DNA of 64,000 bases from Bacteroidetes bacterium RIFCSPLOWO2_12_FULL_37_12 (GTDB lineage Bacteria; Bacteroidota; Bacteroidia; 2-12-FULL-37-12). Each line of letters opens with the position of its first letter. Position 1 is the stretch's first letter. The position numbers were made by a program, and so were the translations under genes. The notes beneath the pieces were generated by a model. It did no database searches. It saw only the letters and a list, made by a program, of their open reading frames with translations, and was not told the origin of the DNA. This document shows, piece by piece, positions 18,685-28,363 of this stretch. The stretch is taken from positions 77,572 through 141,571 of the forward strand of contig MEPC01000024.1 of assembly GCA_001769655.1 (NCBI GenBank), given 5' to 3'.

Positions 18685-21678
18685 TTGAAAATACCTATCC
18701 TCATACTCTTTTTCTTTCTTTTCTTGTGTCTTGGAATTTGCCTGCCTGCAGAAGTTTCTGCGCAGACAGGCAATTTGAGACTTGGATCTTCTAAAATTGA
18801 TTCCCTCAAAACCCTCTTATCCAACACCAAAGAAGACACCTCCAAAATTAAATTATTAAGAGAAATAGGCATAGCGTTACACAACTCTAAAGAATCCCTC
18901 CCTTACTACCAACAAGCCCTTAAACTCAGCCAAAAAATAAAACATCCAAAATTAGAAACAGAGTGTAACATTGATATTGGAATAGTTCAGTATAATCTCT
19001 CCAACTACCCGCAGGCATTGGATAATTACCTTAAATCATTAAGAATATATGAATCCCTTGGAATGGAAAAAAGCAAAGAGTATGCAATCATCTTGAATAA
19101 TATCGGGATTGTTTATGAATTGATAAGCGAATATGACCGCGCATTGGAATTTTATCAGAGAAGTTTAAGAATAAAGGAATCCCTTGGAATGGGAAACAGT
19201 AAAGATTATGCAATGAGTTTGGGGAATATCGGGATTGTTTATATGAATCAAGGCGCATATGACCGGGCATTGGAATTTTATCAGAGAGGACTAAGAATAT
19301 TTGAATCCCTTGGAATGAAAAACAGCAAAGAGTATGCAGCCAGTTTGAATAATATCGGGATTGTCTATTATAATCAAAATAAAAAAGACAGTGTGCTTTA
19401 TTATTTTATCCGGTCAATGAAAATAGAAGAAAAAATTTGTGATAAAGCAGGGGTTGCAACAAGTATGAACAACATTGGTGGATTATTTAGTGAGTTAGGA
19501 AAATATGATAATGCTCTTGATTATTTATTAAAAGGATTGGACGTTTCAAAAGAGATAGACGATAAATATGGAGTAATGCTCACCACTGAAAACCTTGCCA
19601 AAACTTACGCTAAATTAGACAACCACAAAGCCGCCTACCAATACCATCAGAAATTTTCCACTTACAAGGATTCTATATTTAATGAAGAAAAAAGCAAGGA
19701 AATCGGGGCGCTGGAAACCCGCTACGAGTTAGATAAGCAAAAAGAAATCAGCGAGCGAGAAGCAAAACAAGCACGAGTGCTTGCAGAGGAGGAAGAATTC
19801 AGGAGCAGGATGATAACTTTTTCGTGGAGTTTTCTTGGCATCATTGCTTTTATTTTTATCGTTATATTTTTGGTAAGAAAGAAGTTTCCGGTACTATGGG
19901 CGGCACGGCTGTTGTTCTTTGCGTTCATGATGCTGTTAGAACTAACCCTGCTCATCCTTGAGCCGCAAATACTAAAATTAGCACAAGAGAAAATCCTTGC
20001 GCTATTTGCCCTCAACTGCGTTGTAGCAGGTGTTTTTTTTCCCGCACATAAGTGGCTTGAGAAGCGTGTGAGCAGATACCTCGCGAAGTTTGGGGGTAGT
20101 GGCAGTAGCAGTGGCAGTAGGCAGTCGCCAACGAGCAATGAGCAGTCGGCAACATCAAATTCCGAACATCCAACATCAAACATCCAACATCAAACATCAA
20201 ATAATTTGGGCATATTTATCATCTACTTCCTACTTTCTTGTACCGCATTACCCTTCTTATCCGCCTTCGTTAGTGTCACACAAACCAACACCGACACTCC
20301 GCAAGATTCCTCCAACAATGTAACAATTCAACAATTTAAAAATTCTAAAATTGACTCCCTCAAATCCCTCCTATCCAACACCAAAGATGACTCAATAAAA
20401 ATTGAATTATTAAGAACAATAGGACATATATTAAACCAATCTAAAGAATCCCTCCCTTACTTTCAACAAGCTCTTGAACTCAGCCAAAAGATAAAACATT
20501 CAAAATCAGAAGCAAATTGTTACAATGATATTGGGTATGTTCAGCAAAATCTCTCCAACTACCCGAAGGCACTGGATAATTTCCTTAAATCTTTAAGAAT
20601 AAGAGATTCCCTTGGAATGGAAAACACCAAAGGTTATGCAATCAATTTGAATAATATCGGGGTTGTTTATCAATATCTAAGCGAATATGACCGTGCTTTA
20701 GAATTTTATCAGAGAAGTTTATCAATATATTATTTCCTTGGAATGGAAAATAGTAAAGTGTATGCAAACAGTTTGAATAATATCGGGAATGTTTACGGTG
20801 AGAAAGGGGAATATGACCTCGCATTGGAATTTTATCAGAGAGGACTAAGAATATTAGAATCCCTTGGAATGAAAAACAGCAAAGATTATGCAAGCAGTTT
20901 GAGTAATATCGGGGCCGTGCATTATTATCAAAACAATAAAGATAGTGCACTTTATTATGGTATCCGGTCACTTAAAATTAAAGAAGTAATGGGTGATAAA
21001 GCAGGGGTTGCATCAAGTATGTTTAACATTGGTGAATTATTCAGTGTGTTGGGGAACTATGATAAAGCCCTTGAATATTTATTAAAAGGATTAGTTGTTT
21101 CAAAAGAGAGCGGATTTAAACACATGGTAATGCTCACCTCTGAAAATCTTGCCAAAACCTACGCTCAATTAGACAACCACAAAGCCGCCTACCAATACCA
21201 TCAGGAATTTTCTACTTACAAGGATTCCATATTCAATGAAGAAAAAAGCAAGGAAATAGGGGGTTTGGAAGAAAAGTACGAGTGGGAAAAGCAGGAACGG
21301 CAACGAAAATACCAGGAAGAGGACCTGGCAAAAATAGCAATAGAAGAAAAACAAAGAAACGATATGCTCACCGTGTCCGGGGCGTTTATTGTGCTTGTGA
21401 TTTTAATAGTTGGATTACTGCTCTATGCGGTTAAACTTCCCTTATCCATCCATTTTATAGAGGGCTTGGTATTCGTAGTGTTCATGATGTTTTTTGAACT
21501 CACATTGGTGTTTTTAAATCCATACATTGATATGTTGGCAGATGGCAATGCAATCATAAACCTTTTAGCCAACTCCGCCATAGCCGCGTGTCTTGCGCCT
21601 CTGCACGAAATATTGGAAGGGAGGATGAAGAGGAAGATTTTGAGGGATAAAAGGAGGAGGGGAATGGGGAGGGGATGA
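18685..21678 (+). CDS. Tandem-duplicated TPR sensor-like membrane protein: two modules of signal/anchor, TPR, coiled coil and 3 TM
   Basis: SKIDSLK..., 42-aa TPR-like units and AAYQYHQxFSTYKDSIFNEEKSKEIG each occur twice; each module ends in three hydrophobic helices; no kinase or HTH output domain. Confidence 0.8.
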   Translation: MKIPILILFFFLFLCLGICLPAEVSAQTGNLRLGSSKIDSLKTLLSNTKEDTSKIKLLREIGIALHNSKESLPYYQQALKLSQKIKHPKLETECNIDIGIVQYNLSNYPQALDNYLKSLRIYESLGMEKSKEYAIILNNIGIVYELISEYDRALEFYQRSLRIKESLGMGNSKDYAMSLGNIGIVYMNQGAYDRALEFYQRGLRIFESLGMKNSKEYAASLNNIGIVYYNQNKKDSVLYYFIRSMKIEEKICDKAGVATSMNNIGGLFSELGKYDNALDYLLKGLDVSKEIDDKYGVMLTTENLAKTYAKLDNHKAAYQYHQKFSTYKDSIFNEEKSKEIGALETRYELDKQKEISEREAKQARVLAEEEEFRSRMITFSWSFLGIIAFIFIVIFLVRKKFPVLWAARLLFFAFMMLLELTLLILEPQILKLAQEKILALFALNCVVAGVFFPAHKWLEKRVSRYLAKFGGSGSSSGSRQSPTSNEQSATSNSEHPTSNIQHQTSNNLGIFIIYFLLSCTALPFLSAFVSVTQTNTDTPQDSSNNVTIQQFKNSKIDSLKSLLSNTKDDSIKIELLRTIGHILNQSKESLPYFQQALELSQKIKHSKSEANCYNDIGYVQQNLSNYPKALDNFLKSLRIRDSLGMENTKGYAINLNNIGVVYQYLSEYDRALEFYQRSLSIYYFLGMENSKVYANSLNNIGNVYGEKGEYDLALEFYQRGLRILESLGMKNSKDYASSLSNIGAVHYYQNNKDSALYYGIRSLKIKEVMGDKAGVASSMFNIGELFSVLGNYDKALEYLLKGLVVSKESGFKHMVMLTSENLAKTYAQLDNHKAAYQYHQEFSTYKDSIFNEEKSKEIGGLEEKYEWEKQERQRKYQEEDLAKIAIEEKQRNDMLTVSGAFIVLVILIVGLLLYAVKLPLSIHFIEGLVFVVFMMFFELTLVFLNPYIDMLADGNAIINLLANSAIAACLAPLHEILEGRMKRKILRDKRRRGMGRG

Positions 21679-21696
21679 ATGACAACGTCGCTCTCA

Positions 21697-21734
21697 CCCC
21701 TCTCCATTTTTTTGGAGAGGGGCTGGGGTGAGGT
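21697..21734. repeat. CCCTCTCC/GGAGAGGG REP-like hairpin, left copy
   Basis: cccctctccatttttttggagaggggctggggtgaggt; inverted copy at 22464-22498. Confidence 0.8.
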
Positions 21735-21836
21735 CTTTATGTTGACCCCTATACACCTATACCTATTTCATTAAATTTATGTAAATTTGCGCTTCAAACT
21801 AACAATTAATTATTTAACACTTAACCAAACGACAAA

Positions 21837-22457
21837 ATGGCTTTTCAACTTCCTGCTTTAATGTATCCGCACAATGCATTGGAGCCACATATTGATGCTT
21901 TGACCATGGAGATTCATCATGGTAAGCATCATCAGGCGTATATAAATAACCTAAATACCGCAGTTGCCGGCACCTCCATGGATTCAATGTTTGTTGAAGA
22001 ATTGATTTCAAACATTGGATCTTTGCCAAAAGAAAAACAAATGGCGGTACGGAATAACGGAGGAGGACATTATAATCATTCCTTTTTCTGGAAAGTTCTA
22101 AGCCCAAAAGGTGGGGGACAACCGGCTGGTGAATTGTCAAATGCAATTAACTCAACGTATGGTTCCTTTGATGAATTTAAAAGTAAGTTCACCACGGCAG
22201 GAACCGGCAGATTTGGCTCCGGTTGGGTCTGGTTGGTTTCAAGTCAAGGAAAATTAACTATATGTTCCACTCCAAATCAGGATAATCCGCTCATGTATGG
22301 GCTGGTAGAGACCAATGGAATCCCTTTAATAGGATTAGATGTTTGGGAACATGCATATTATCTGAAGTATCAAAACCGTCGTCCGGATTATATCAATGCA
22401 TTCTGGAATTTAGTGGATTGGGGGATGGCTAATGACTATTTTAAAAAATCTAACTGA
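21837..22457 (+). CDS. sodA: Superoxide dismutase, Mn-type signature
   Basis: [40 protein letters not shown]. Confidence 0.95.
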   Translation: MAFQLPALMYPHNALEPHIDALTMEIHHGKHHQAYINNLNTAVAGTSMDSMFVEELISNIGSLPKEKQMAVRNNGGGHYNHSFFWKVLSPKGGGQPAGELSNAINSTYGSFDEFKSKFTTAGTGRFGSGWVWLVSSQGKLTICSTPNQDNPLMYGLVETNGIPLIGLDVWEHAYYLKYQNRRPDYINAFWNLVDWGMANDYFKKSN

Positions 22458-22463
22458 TTTTTC

Positions 22464-22498
22464 ACCTCACCCCAGCCCCTCTCCAAAAAAGAGAGGGG
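22464..22498. repeat. CCCTCTCC/GGAGAGGG REP-like hairpin, right (inverted) copy
   Basis: acctcaccccagcccctctccaaaaaagagagggg. Confidence 0.8.
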
Positions 22499-22576
22499 TG
22501 AAAATGTATCTGTCATTTTATCATGTATATATGGGAAATCAAACTTTTCATGTATTTTTGCGTTCCTTTTCCGACA

Positions 22577-22648
22577 GGCCCGTTCGTATAGTGGTTAGTA
22601 CATCACCCTTTCACGGTGTAAACACGGGTTCGACTCCCGTACGGGTCA
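22577..22648 (+). tRNA. tRNA-Glu(TTC)
   Basis: Acceptor GGCCCGT/ACGGGTC, D arm GTAT-AGTGGTTA-GTAC, anticodon loop CTTTCAC, T arm ACGGG-TTCGACT-CCCGT; CCA not encoded; TATTTTTG box just upstream. Confidence 0.95.
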
Positions 22649-22708
22649 CTGGGGTACAGAGGTAAAGAGGTATAGGGGGTATAGGGGTATAGGGGTATAA
22701 GGAATACC

Positions 22709-23953
22709 TTAACTTTTTTCTTCCCACACTTGGCATAAATTGATAATAACATCTACTGCTTTTTCCATATCCTGCACAGATACCCATTCCTGAAGTGAAT
22801 GAAAAGCATGTTCACCCGCAAATAAATTCGGGCAAGGCAGACCCATAAAAGATAAACGGCTACCATCGGTTCCTCCCCGTATGCTCCGGCACTTTGGCTT
22901 CATTCCTGCTCTCTTTATTGCCTCCAACGCATATAAAACCACTTTTTGGTTCTTCGCTAATATTTCTTTCATATTTCTGTACTGTTCGTTAATTTCCAAT
23001 GTGAATTTAGCGGTAGGATATTTTTTTAGAATTTTAGCCGAAAGTTCTTTCAAAAACTTTTCATGTTTTTTTAATCCGTTCACAGTAAAATCACGGATAA
23101 TAAATTTTGCAACAGCTTTTTCAATGTTACCGGTGATTTCCATAGGATGTATAAAACCTTCTCTATCTTCAGTGGTTTCCGGAGATAATTTATCTTTTGG
23201 CAATGCGGAAATAATTTGGGATAAAATTTTTATGGCGCTAACTAACTTGCCTTTTCCAAATCCCGGGTGAGTACTTACCCCGTGCACTGTTAAAACAGCC
23301 GCATCTGCCGAAAAGGTCTCGTCTTCGAGCGTGCCGCGGCTTTCACCATCAATGGTATATCCATAGACAGCTCCGAGTTTTTTCATATCCACTTTATCCA
23401 CTCCTCTGCCAATTTCTTCATCGGGAGTGAATAAGATTTTAATAGTTCCGTGCTTGATTTCAGGATGCTGAACTAGGATAAATACAGCATCCATGATTTC
23501 CGCCAATCCTGCTTTGTTGTCGGCTCCAAGCAAAGTAGTGCCATCAGAAGTTATAATATCATTTCCAAGCTGATTTTTCAAATCATCGTGCTCTTTTTTT
23601 CTGATAATCAGGGAAGTATTTCCGGGAAGCTTCAGGTTATTTCCTTTATACTTTTTATGAATAACCGGTTTCACATTCTTTCCTGAGCAATCGGGAGAAG
23701 TATCAATATGCGAGCAGAAACAGATAACGGGAACATTTTTTGGGGAATTGGATGGTAGTTCGGCATATACATAACCCCATTCATCGAGTTGTGCATTTTT
23801 TATTCCTATTTCATGGAGTTCCTTCACCAGCAATTCCCCGAGGTCCTTTTGTTTTAAGGTTGAAGGAATGGTTGTAGAATTAGGATCAGATTGAGTGTCA
23901 ATTTTGACATAGCGCAGAAAACGATCGGTTACAGTGTAATTTAGAGGATTCAT
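22709..23953 (-). CDS. pepT: Peptidase T (tripeptide aminopeptidase)
   Basis: RFLRYVKIDTQSD, SHIDTSPD, DGTTLLGADNKAG, FTPDEEIGRG, IRGGTDGSRLS; start at MNPLNY. Confidence 0.95.
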   Translation of the reverse strand: MNPLNYTVTDRFLRYVKIDTQSDPNSTTIPSTLKQKDLGELLVKELHEIGIKNAQLDEWGYVYAELPSNSPKNVPVICFCSHIDTSPDCSGKNVKPVIHKKYKGNNLKLPGNTSLIIRKKEHDDLKNQLGNDIITSDGTTLLGADNKAGLAEIMDAVFILVQHPEIKHGTIKILFTPDEEIGRGVDKVDMKKLGAVYGYTIDGESRGTLEDETFSADAAVLTVHGVSTHPGFGKGKLVSAIKILSQIISALPKDKLSPETTEDREGFIHPMEITGNIEKAVAKFIIRDFTVNGLKKHEKFLKELSAKILKKYPTAKFTLEINEQYRNMKEILAKNQKVVLYALEAIKRAGMKPKCRSIRGGTDGSRLSFMGLPCPNLFAGEHAFHSLQEWVSVQDMEKAVDVIINLCQVWEEKS

Positions 23954-23969
23954 GTATGTTAATGTTTTT

Positions 23970-23994
23970 GTAGGGACACGCCATGGCGTGTCCC
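23970..23994. repeat. GTAG-type REP-like palindrome
   Basis: gtagggacacgccatggcgtgtccc. Confidence 0.75.
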
Positions 23995-24009
23995 CCTGGT
24001 ATAGCCCTC

Positions 24010-24876
24010 TCAAAACGTATCGCCATCAAACACCCCTTGCCGGAATCGTTGATAGGCGAAATTATAATTTACACCCAGTGTTACCCCCAATAAATAATGT
24101 TTGTAAGACATATCTGTAAATGTTTCGTTGTCCACAAGGCCTGCGGGTATGTTTTTATAAATTGAGTTTAAGCCGGCAGAGAAAGAGAGCATGAAAAAAT
24201 AGGAGAATTGCTTTTTATAGGCGAACTCAACACCGCCGCTCGTTACTAAAGCAAAATCATAGTCGTTGGTAAAGTCCCTCCAATTTATGGTAGAATCTTT
24301 TCCTTCTTCGGTATAATTCCTGTGTTCTGAACTTGATAAGATTTTTCCGGTGCTTATTCCTATAGATGCCATAAAACGAAAATCTTTGTAAGGATAATGC
24401 ATAAAAAGATAGGATGGAAATCCAAAATAATGAAAACTTCTTTTTGAATTGTAGTATCGGTAGTGAAAAGCTCCCAATGAATCCGGATTCGTTTGTATAA
24501 TCTCTGTAATATCCGAACCTTTTACCGAATACATTAACCCACCTGCAATGGAAAACATTTTTGAAAACTGAAAAACAACAAGCAAATCCGGATTAAAAAC
24601 AGGAGTCATGTTTTTATAATCCTCACTATACCGGTTTTCAGTTAGATAGGAAAGTCCGAATGGGTAATGGCTGAAAAAAGCCCCCTGAGTATTTAACCTC
24701 AAACTGGCTGACAACACAATCTGAGGACCGTATTGAGTAGTTGGAAACAAAGAAACTTCACGTAGCTTGTTTTTGGAAGGAGACAAAGGGTTTGTACCAG
24801 AAATTGATTTCTTAGGATTCAATAATCCAAAAATCAAAAATATAAAGGCGATTTTCTTAAAATACCTGTTAACCAT
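24010..24876 (-). CDS. Outer-membrane beta-barrel (porin-family/PorT-like) protein
   Basis: Signal peptide; amphipathic strands (GLMYSVKG, YFGFP, DFALVTSGGVEF, LGVTLGVNYNF). Confidence 0.6.
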   Translation of the reverse strand: MVNRYFKKIAFIFLIFGLLNPKKSISGTNPLSPSKNKLREVSLFPTTQYGPQIVLSASLRLNTQGAFFSHYPFGLSYLTENRYSEDYKNMTPVFNPDLLVVFQFSKMFSIAGGLMYSVKGSDITEIIQTNPDSLGAFHYRYYNSKRSFHYFGFPSYLFMHYPYKDFRFMASIGISTGKILSSSEHRNYTEEGKDSTINWRDFTNDYDFALVTSGGVEFAYKKQFSYFFMLSFSAGLNSIYKNIPAGLVDNETFTDMSYKHYLLGVTLGVNYNFAYQRFRQGVFDGDTF

Positions 24877-25005
24877 AGTATCTGATTATTTTTTTGTGGC
24901 AAATGTACATGATATTTTTAATATGTGCTCAGCATGTAAAATAAAAATAGTCAAAAAAAATGTTTAAATTTCACCGATTTATAGAAACGCCAACTTTTTT
25001 TAACC

Positions 25006-25911
25006 ATGATTGACATCACTCCCAAACGCGAAACGCTCCGCACGGCAAAAGCCCATGCGGTCATTCGTATGAAACAAGAAACCGTTTCCATGATTCTGAA
25101 TAATAAGATTCCGAAGGGAAACGTGCTGGAAACCGCCCGAACAGCCGGATACCTTGGTGTAAAACGTACCTCCGACATTTTACCTTTGTGCCACCCCATG
25201 CCGGTGGAATGGGTAAATTTCACCTTTTATCCAAAAGAAACGGATATAGAAATAACGGCTGAAGTTAAAACCATTTACAAGACCGGTTGCGAAATGGAAG
25301 CCCTCACGGGTGCCAGTGTCACCGCCCTTTGCATTTATGATATGGTGAAACCGGTTGATAAAAATGTTGAAATATTGTCCATCCGGTTAATGGAAAAAAA
25401 AGGTGGAAAATCCCAATATGGAAAAATTCCCGCGTTACAATTATCAGCCGCAGTGGTTGTCATTTCCGATTCTGTATCGGCAGGAAAATCAATGGACCAG
25501 TCCGGTGAAATCATCAGGTTAAATCTGTTTAAACATAAAATTGAAACGAAACTATTCAGTGTTGTTTCTGACGATAAACTTAAAATTCAGAGTGAAATAA
25601 AAAAACTTTGCAAATCAAAAATTAATCTGATTCTTACAACCGGTGGCACCGGTCTATCATTAAGGGATAATACAACGGATGTTATACGCCCCCTGCTCGA
25701 TAAAGAAATTTCAGGTATCATGGAATCAGCCAGAATTTATGGAGACAAACGCACACCCTATACTATGCTTTCACGAGGAGTTGCCGGCATGATTGGAGAA
25801 ACGTTGATTATCACCTTACCGGGTTCCCCCAGAGCTGTACAGGAATATTTAGATGCATTATTCCCGTATGTGTTGCATGTTTTTGATATTCACAAGGGGG
25901 GAAGACATTGA
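25006..25911 (+). CDS. moaCB: Bifunctional molybdenum cofactor biosynthesis protein MoaC/MoaB
   Basis: MIDITPK, LPLCHP, TGCEMEAL, IYDMVK (MoaC) fused to TTGGTG, RDNT, SRGVAG, LPGSP (MogA/MoaB). Confidence 0.93.
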   Translation: MIDITPKRETLRTAKAHAVIRMKQETVSMILNNKIPKGNVLETARTAGYLGVKRTSDILPLCHPMPVEWVNFTFYPKETDIEITAEVKTIYKTGCEMEALTGASVTALCIYDMVKPVDKNVEILSIRLMEKKGGKSQYGKIPALQLSAAVVVISDSVSAGKSMDQSGEIIRLNLFKHKIETKLFSVVSDDKLKIQSEIKKLCKSKINLILTTGGTGLSLRDNTTDVIRPLLDKEISGIMESARIYGDKRTPYTMLSRGVAGMIGETLIITLPGSPRAVQEYLDALFPYVLHVFDIHKGGRH

Positions 25912-26078
25912 TATACTGTAAACGGAACAAATTTCAGCAAATCTCTATATTGACATATTGTTCCATTGTTTCATTGTTTCATTGTTAATTGACTCCATAA
26001 TTTCAGCACAACAATGAAACAATGTAGCAATGGAACAATGAACAGAGTTACACGAAAATTTATACCGATTGCAGTATA
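25912..26078. mobile_element. MITE-like element with internal inverted octamer arrays
   Basis: Ends tatactgtaaacggaacaaattt / aaatttataccgattgcagtata; internal (CATTGTTT)n and (ACAATGAA)n. Confidence 0.55.
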
Positions 26079-26124
26079 GAATAAGACAGTCAGAATTTTC
26101 ACGTACCTTCGTAATTTAATTGTC

Positions 26125-26994
26125 ATGATAAAAAATAAACCTTCTTATCCGTTTGAAACCATCGGGGTAGCTATTGCTTTTTCACCGAGGTTGGAATCCA
26201 TTATTGTAGAAACACACCGGCTGGCTAAACTTTTTGGCGCTAAGGTGCTTTTCATACATATCGGGAAAAACACTAAAGAAAAAGAAAAAAGATTAGTCAC
26301 CCTTCTTACCAAACATAATTATTATGAATTGAATTATCAAACCATCTGGGCAGAAGGCGATACAGTGGATACGGTTCTTTCTACCTGTAAGCAGAATATA
26401 GTTGATCTGCTCATTTTTGGTGCTCTTGAAAAAGAAAACCTCATGCGTTATTATCTTGGCTCAATTTCCAGAGAGATTTGCCGTAAAGCAAAATGTTCAG
26501 TATTGGTTCTGGTTAAACCATCCATGACACCGAAACCTTTCCGTTCCTTATTAGTGAACGGGATTGAACATCCGAAAACTGTACATACTTTAAACACGGC
26601 GTTGTATTTTGCAAAGTATGAAAAATCAGAGAAAGTCGCCATCCTGAAAGAAATATATCTGCCGGCTCTTTCCATGGCTATAGCCGATGAAAATACAGAA
26701 CCGGAAGTGGAAAAAATAAAACAAGAGTTAGTGGAAGAAGAACTAAAAAAATTAAAAACTTTTGTGAGTGACACCGATCCGTCAAAATTAGTAACCGACA
26801 TTCATTGTCTTGTCGGAAAACCCGGTTATACGATAAGCCAATATTCCAAAGAACATAAAACCGATATGCTGATTATGAATTCGCCTGACAAAAACCTGAA
26901 TATCCTTGATAGAATTTTCACCCACGATATTGAATATGTTCTCGCAAAACTTCCCTGCAACCTGTTGATTGTACACTCAAGGGTAAATGGGTGA
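26125..26994 (+). CDS. Universal stress protein (tandem USP domains)
   Basis: DLLIFGA...LGSISREICRKAKCSVLVL and a second degenerate domain ending LPCNLLIVH. Confidence 0.85.
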   Translation: MIKNKPSYPFETIGVAIAFSPRLESIIVETHRLAKLFGAKVLFIHIGKNTKEKEKRLVTLLTKHNYYELNYQTIWAEGDTVDTVLSTCKQNIVDLLIFGALEKENLMRYYLGSISREICRKAKCSVLVLVKPSMTPKPFRSLLVNGIEHPKTVHTLNTALYFAKYEKSEKVAILKEIYLPALSMAIADENTEPEVEKIKQELVEEELKKLKTFVSDTDPSKLVTDIHCLVGKPGYTISQYSKEHKTDMLIMNSPDKNLNILDRIFTHDIEYVLAKLPCNLLIVHSRVNG

Positions 26995-27000
26995 GGGCGG

Positions 27001-27098
27001 TAGAGATATAGGGGTATAGGGGTATAGAGGTATAGGGGTATAGAGGTATAGAGGTATAGGGGTATAGGGGTATAGGGGTATAGGGGTATAGGGGTATA
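27001..27098. repeat. Tandem octamer array (GRGGTATA) x ~12
   Basis: Read directly between the USP and antiporter genes. Confidence 0.9.
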
Positions 27099-27127
27099 AG
27101 CTGAGAACTCAAACAGCATCATCATAC

Positions 27128-28354
27128 ATGTTACAAAAAAATGAAATCGTCCTGCTACTGTTTAGCATCAGCATCATGCTTACCTTATCAAGAATTGTTG
27201 CTGAAGTGGGGAAAAAATATCATTTACCGATTGTCATAGGAGAAATTCTGGTGGGTGTCATTCTCGGTCCCACGGTGTTGGGTATGATAAAACCCGATTG
27301 GTTTGAATTAATATTTCCACCTGCCGGTTCCGTAAGGATAGCGTTGGATGGCATTACTACCTTATCCGTCATCATGTTATTATTTGTGGCAGGACTTGAA
27401 GTTCAATTACCTGTTGTATTAGAACAGGGAAAATTAGCTTTTTATACCAGCGTCAGCAGTATGATAGTTCCTTTTGCAACTGGTTTTGGAGTGGCTTGGT
27501 ATTTCCCTGAAATCTTTAATCTTGAAGATAATTCTTATCATTTGTTGTTTTCTTTATTTCTGGGAACTGCGTTGGCTATTTCTGCTTTACCGGTTATTGC
27601 CAGAACGTTGATGGACCTGAATATTTATAAAACAAAAGTTGGAATGATAATCATGGCTTCCGCTATGTTTAACGACTTAGCCGGTTGGTTGATGTTTTCA
27701 ATTATACTTTCAAAAATCGAAAATCAGGATGGAAGAATAAAATTATGGATGAGTATTGTATTTACGCTACTCTTTGGGATTTTAATGTTGACCTTGATAA
27801 GGAAAGTGATTAATCGTGTCTTACCATGGATACAAACAAATTTTTCATGGCCAGGGGGAGTGTTGGCTATTTCTTTCGGGTTATGTTTTATGAGCGCCGC
27901 CTTTACGGAATATATCGGATTACATGCTATTCTTGGCGCTTTTTTATTTGGAATAGCGCTGGGAGATTCAGTTCACATGCACGAACGTACCCGGGAAATC
28001 ATTCATCAATTCGTTACCAATATTTTTGCGCCCCTGTTTTTTGTTTCCATAGGATTACGGGTTAATTTTATTTCTAATTTCGATTTGACGATTGTTTTGG
28101 TTATTCTCGTATTAGCTTATGCTGGTAAACTAATAGGAGCGAGCTTCGGTGCCTGGTTTGGAGGAATGAAAAGCAGGGAGGCATTCGCTGTCGGCGCGGG
28201 CTTGAATGCCAGAGGCGCCATGGAAATAATTCTTGGTACGCTTGCCTTAAGTGCCGGTGTCATTACCACTCCTATTTTTGTGGCATTAGTAGTGATGGCA
28301 CTCGTTACCAGTTTATCGAGCGGAATAATGATGAAAGCGTTTCTGCGACCTTGA
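27128..28354 (+). CDS. Cation:proton antiporter (CPA2/KefB-like)
   Basis: GEILVGVILGPTVLG, LLFVAGLE, ISALPVIAR, NDLAGW, PLFFVSIG, NARGAMEII. Confidence 0.9.
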   Translation: MLQKNEIVLLLFSISIMLTLSRIVAEVGKKYHLPIVIGEILVGVILGPTVLGMIKPDWFELIFPPAGSVRIALDGITTLSVIMLLFVAGLEVQLPVVLEQGKLAFYTSVSSMIVPFATGFGVAWYFPEIFNLEDNSYHLLFSLFLGTALAISALPVIARTLMDLNIYKTKVGMIIMASAMFNDLAGWLMFSIILSKIENQDGRIKLWMSIVFTLLFGILMLTLIRKVINRVLPWIQTNFSWPGGVLAISFGLCFMSAAFTEYIGLHAILGAFLFGIALGDSVHMHERTREIIHQFVTNIFAPLFFVSIGLRVNFISNFDLTIVLVILVLAYAGKLIGASFGAWFGGMKSREAFAVGAGLNARGAMEIILGTLALSAGVITTPIFVALVVMALVTSLSSGIMMKAFLRP

Positions 28355-28363
28355 TTCTAACCC

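Noticed and set aside
18685..21678. TPR duplication as a diversity-generating retroelement template/variable pair
   Set aside because: No reverse transcriptase in the window, both copies are coding, and differences are not confined to adenines
22432..22665. 77-aa ORF after sodA
   Set aside because: It runs through a REP hairpin and the tRNA-Glu gene
22577..22710. tRNA-Glu as an integration site of a genomic island
   Set aside because: No integrase nearby and I saw no duplicated tRNA 3' end in the window; pepT follows directly
26826..27125. Minus-strand ORFs with YPYTPIPL repeats
   Set aside because: They are translations of the octamer array and overlap the USP gene
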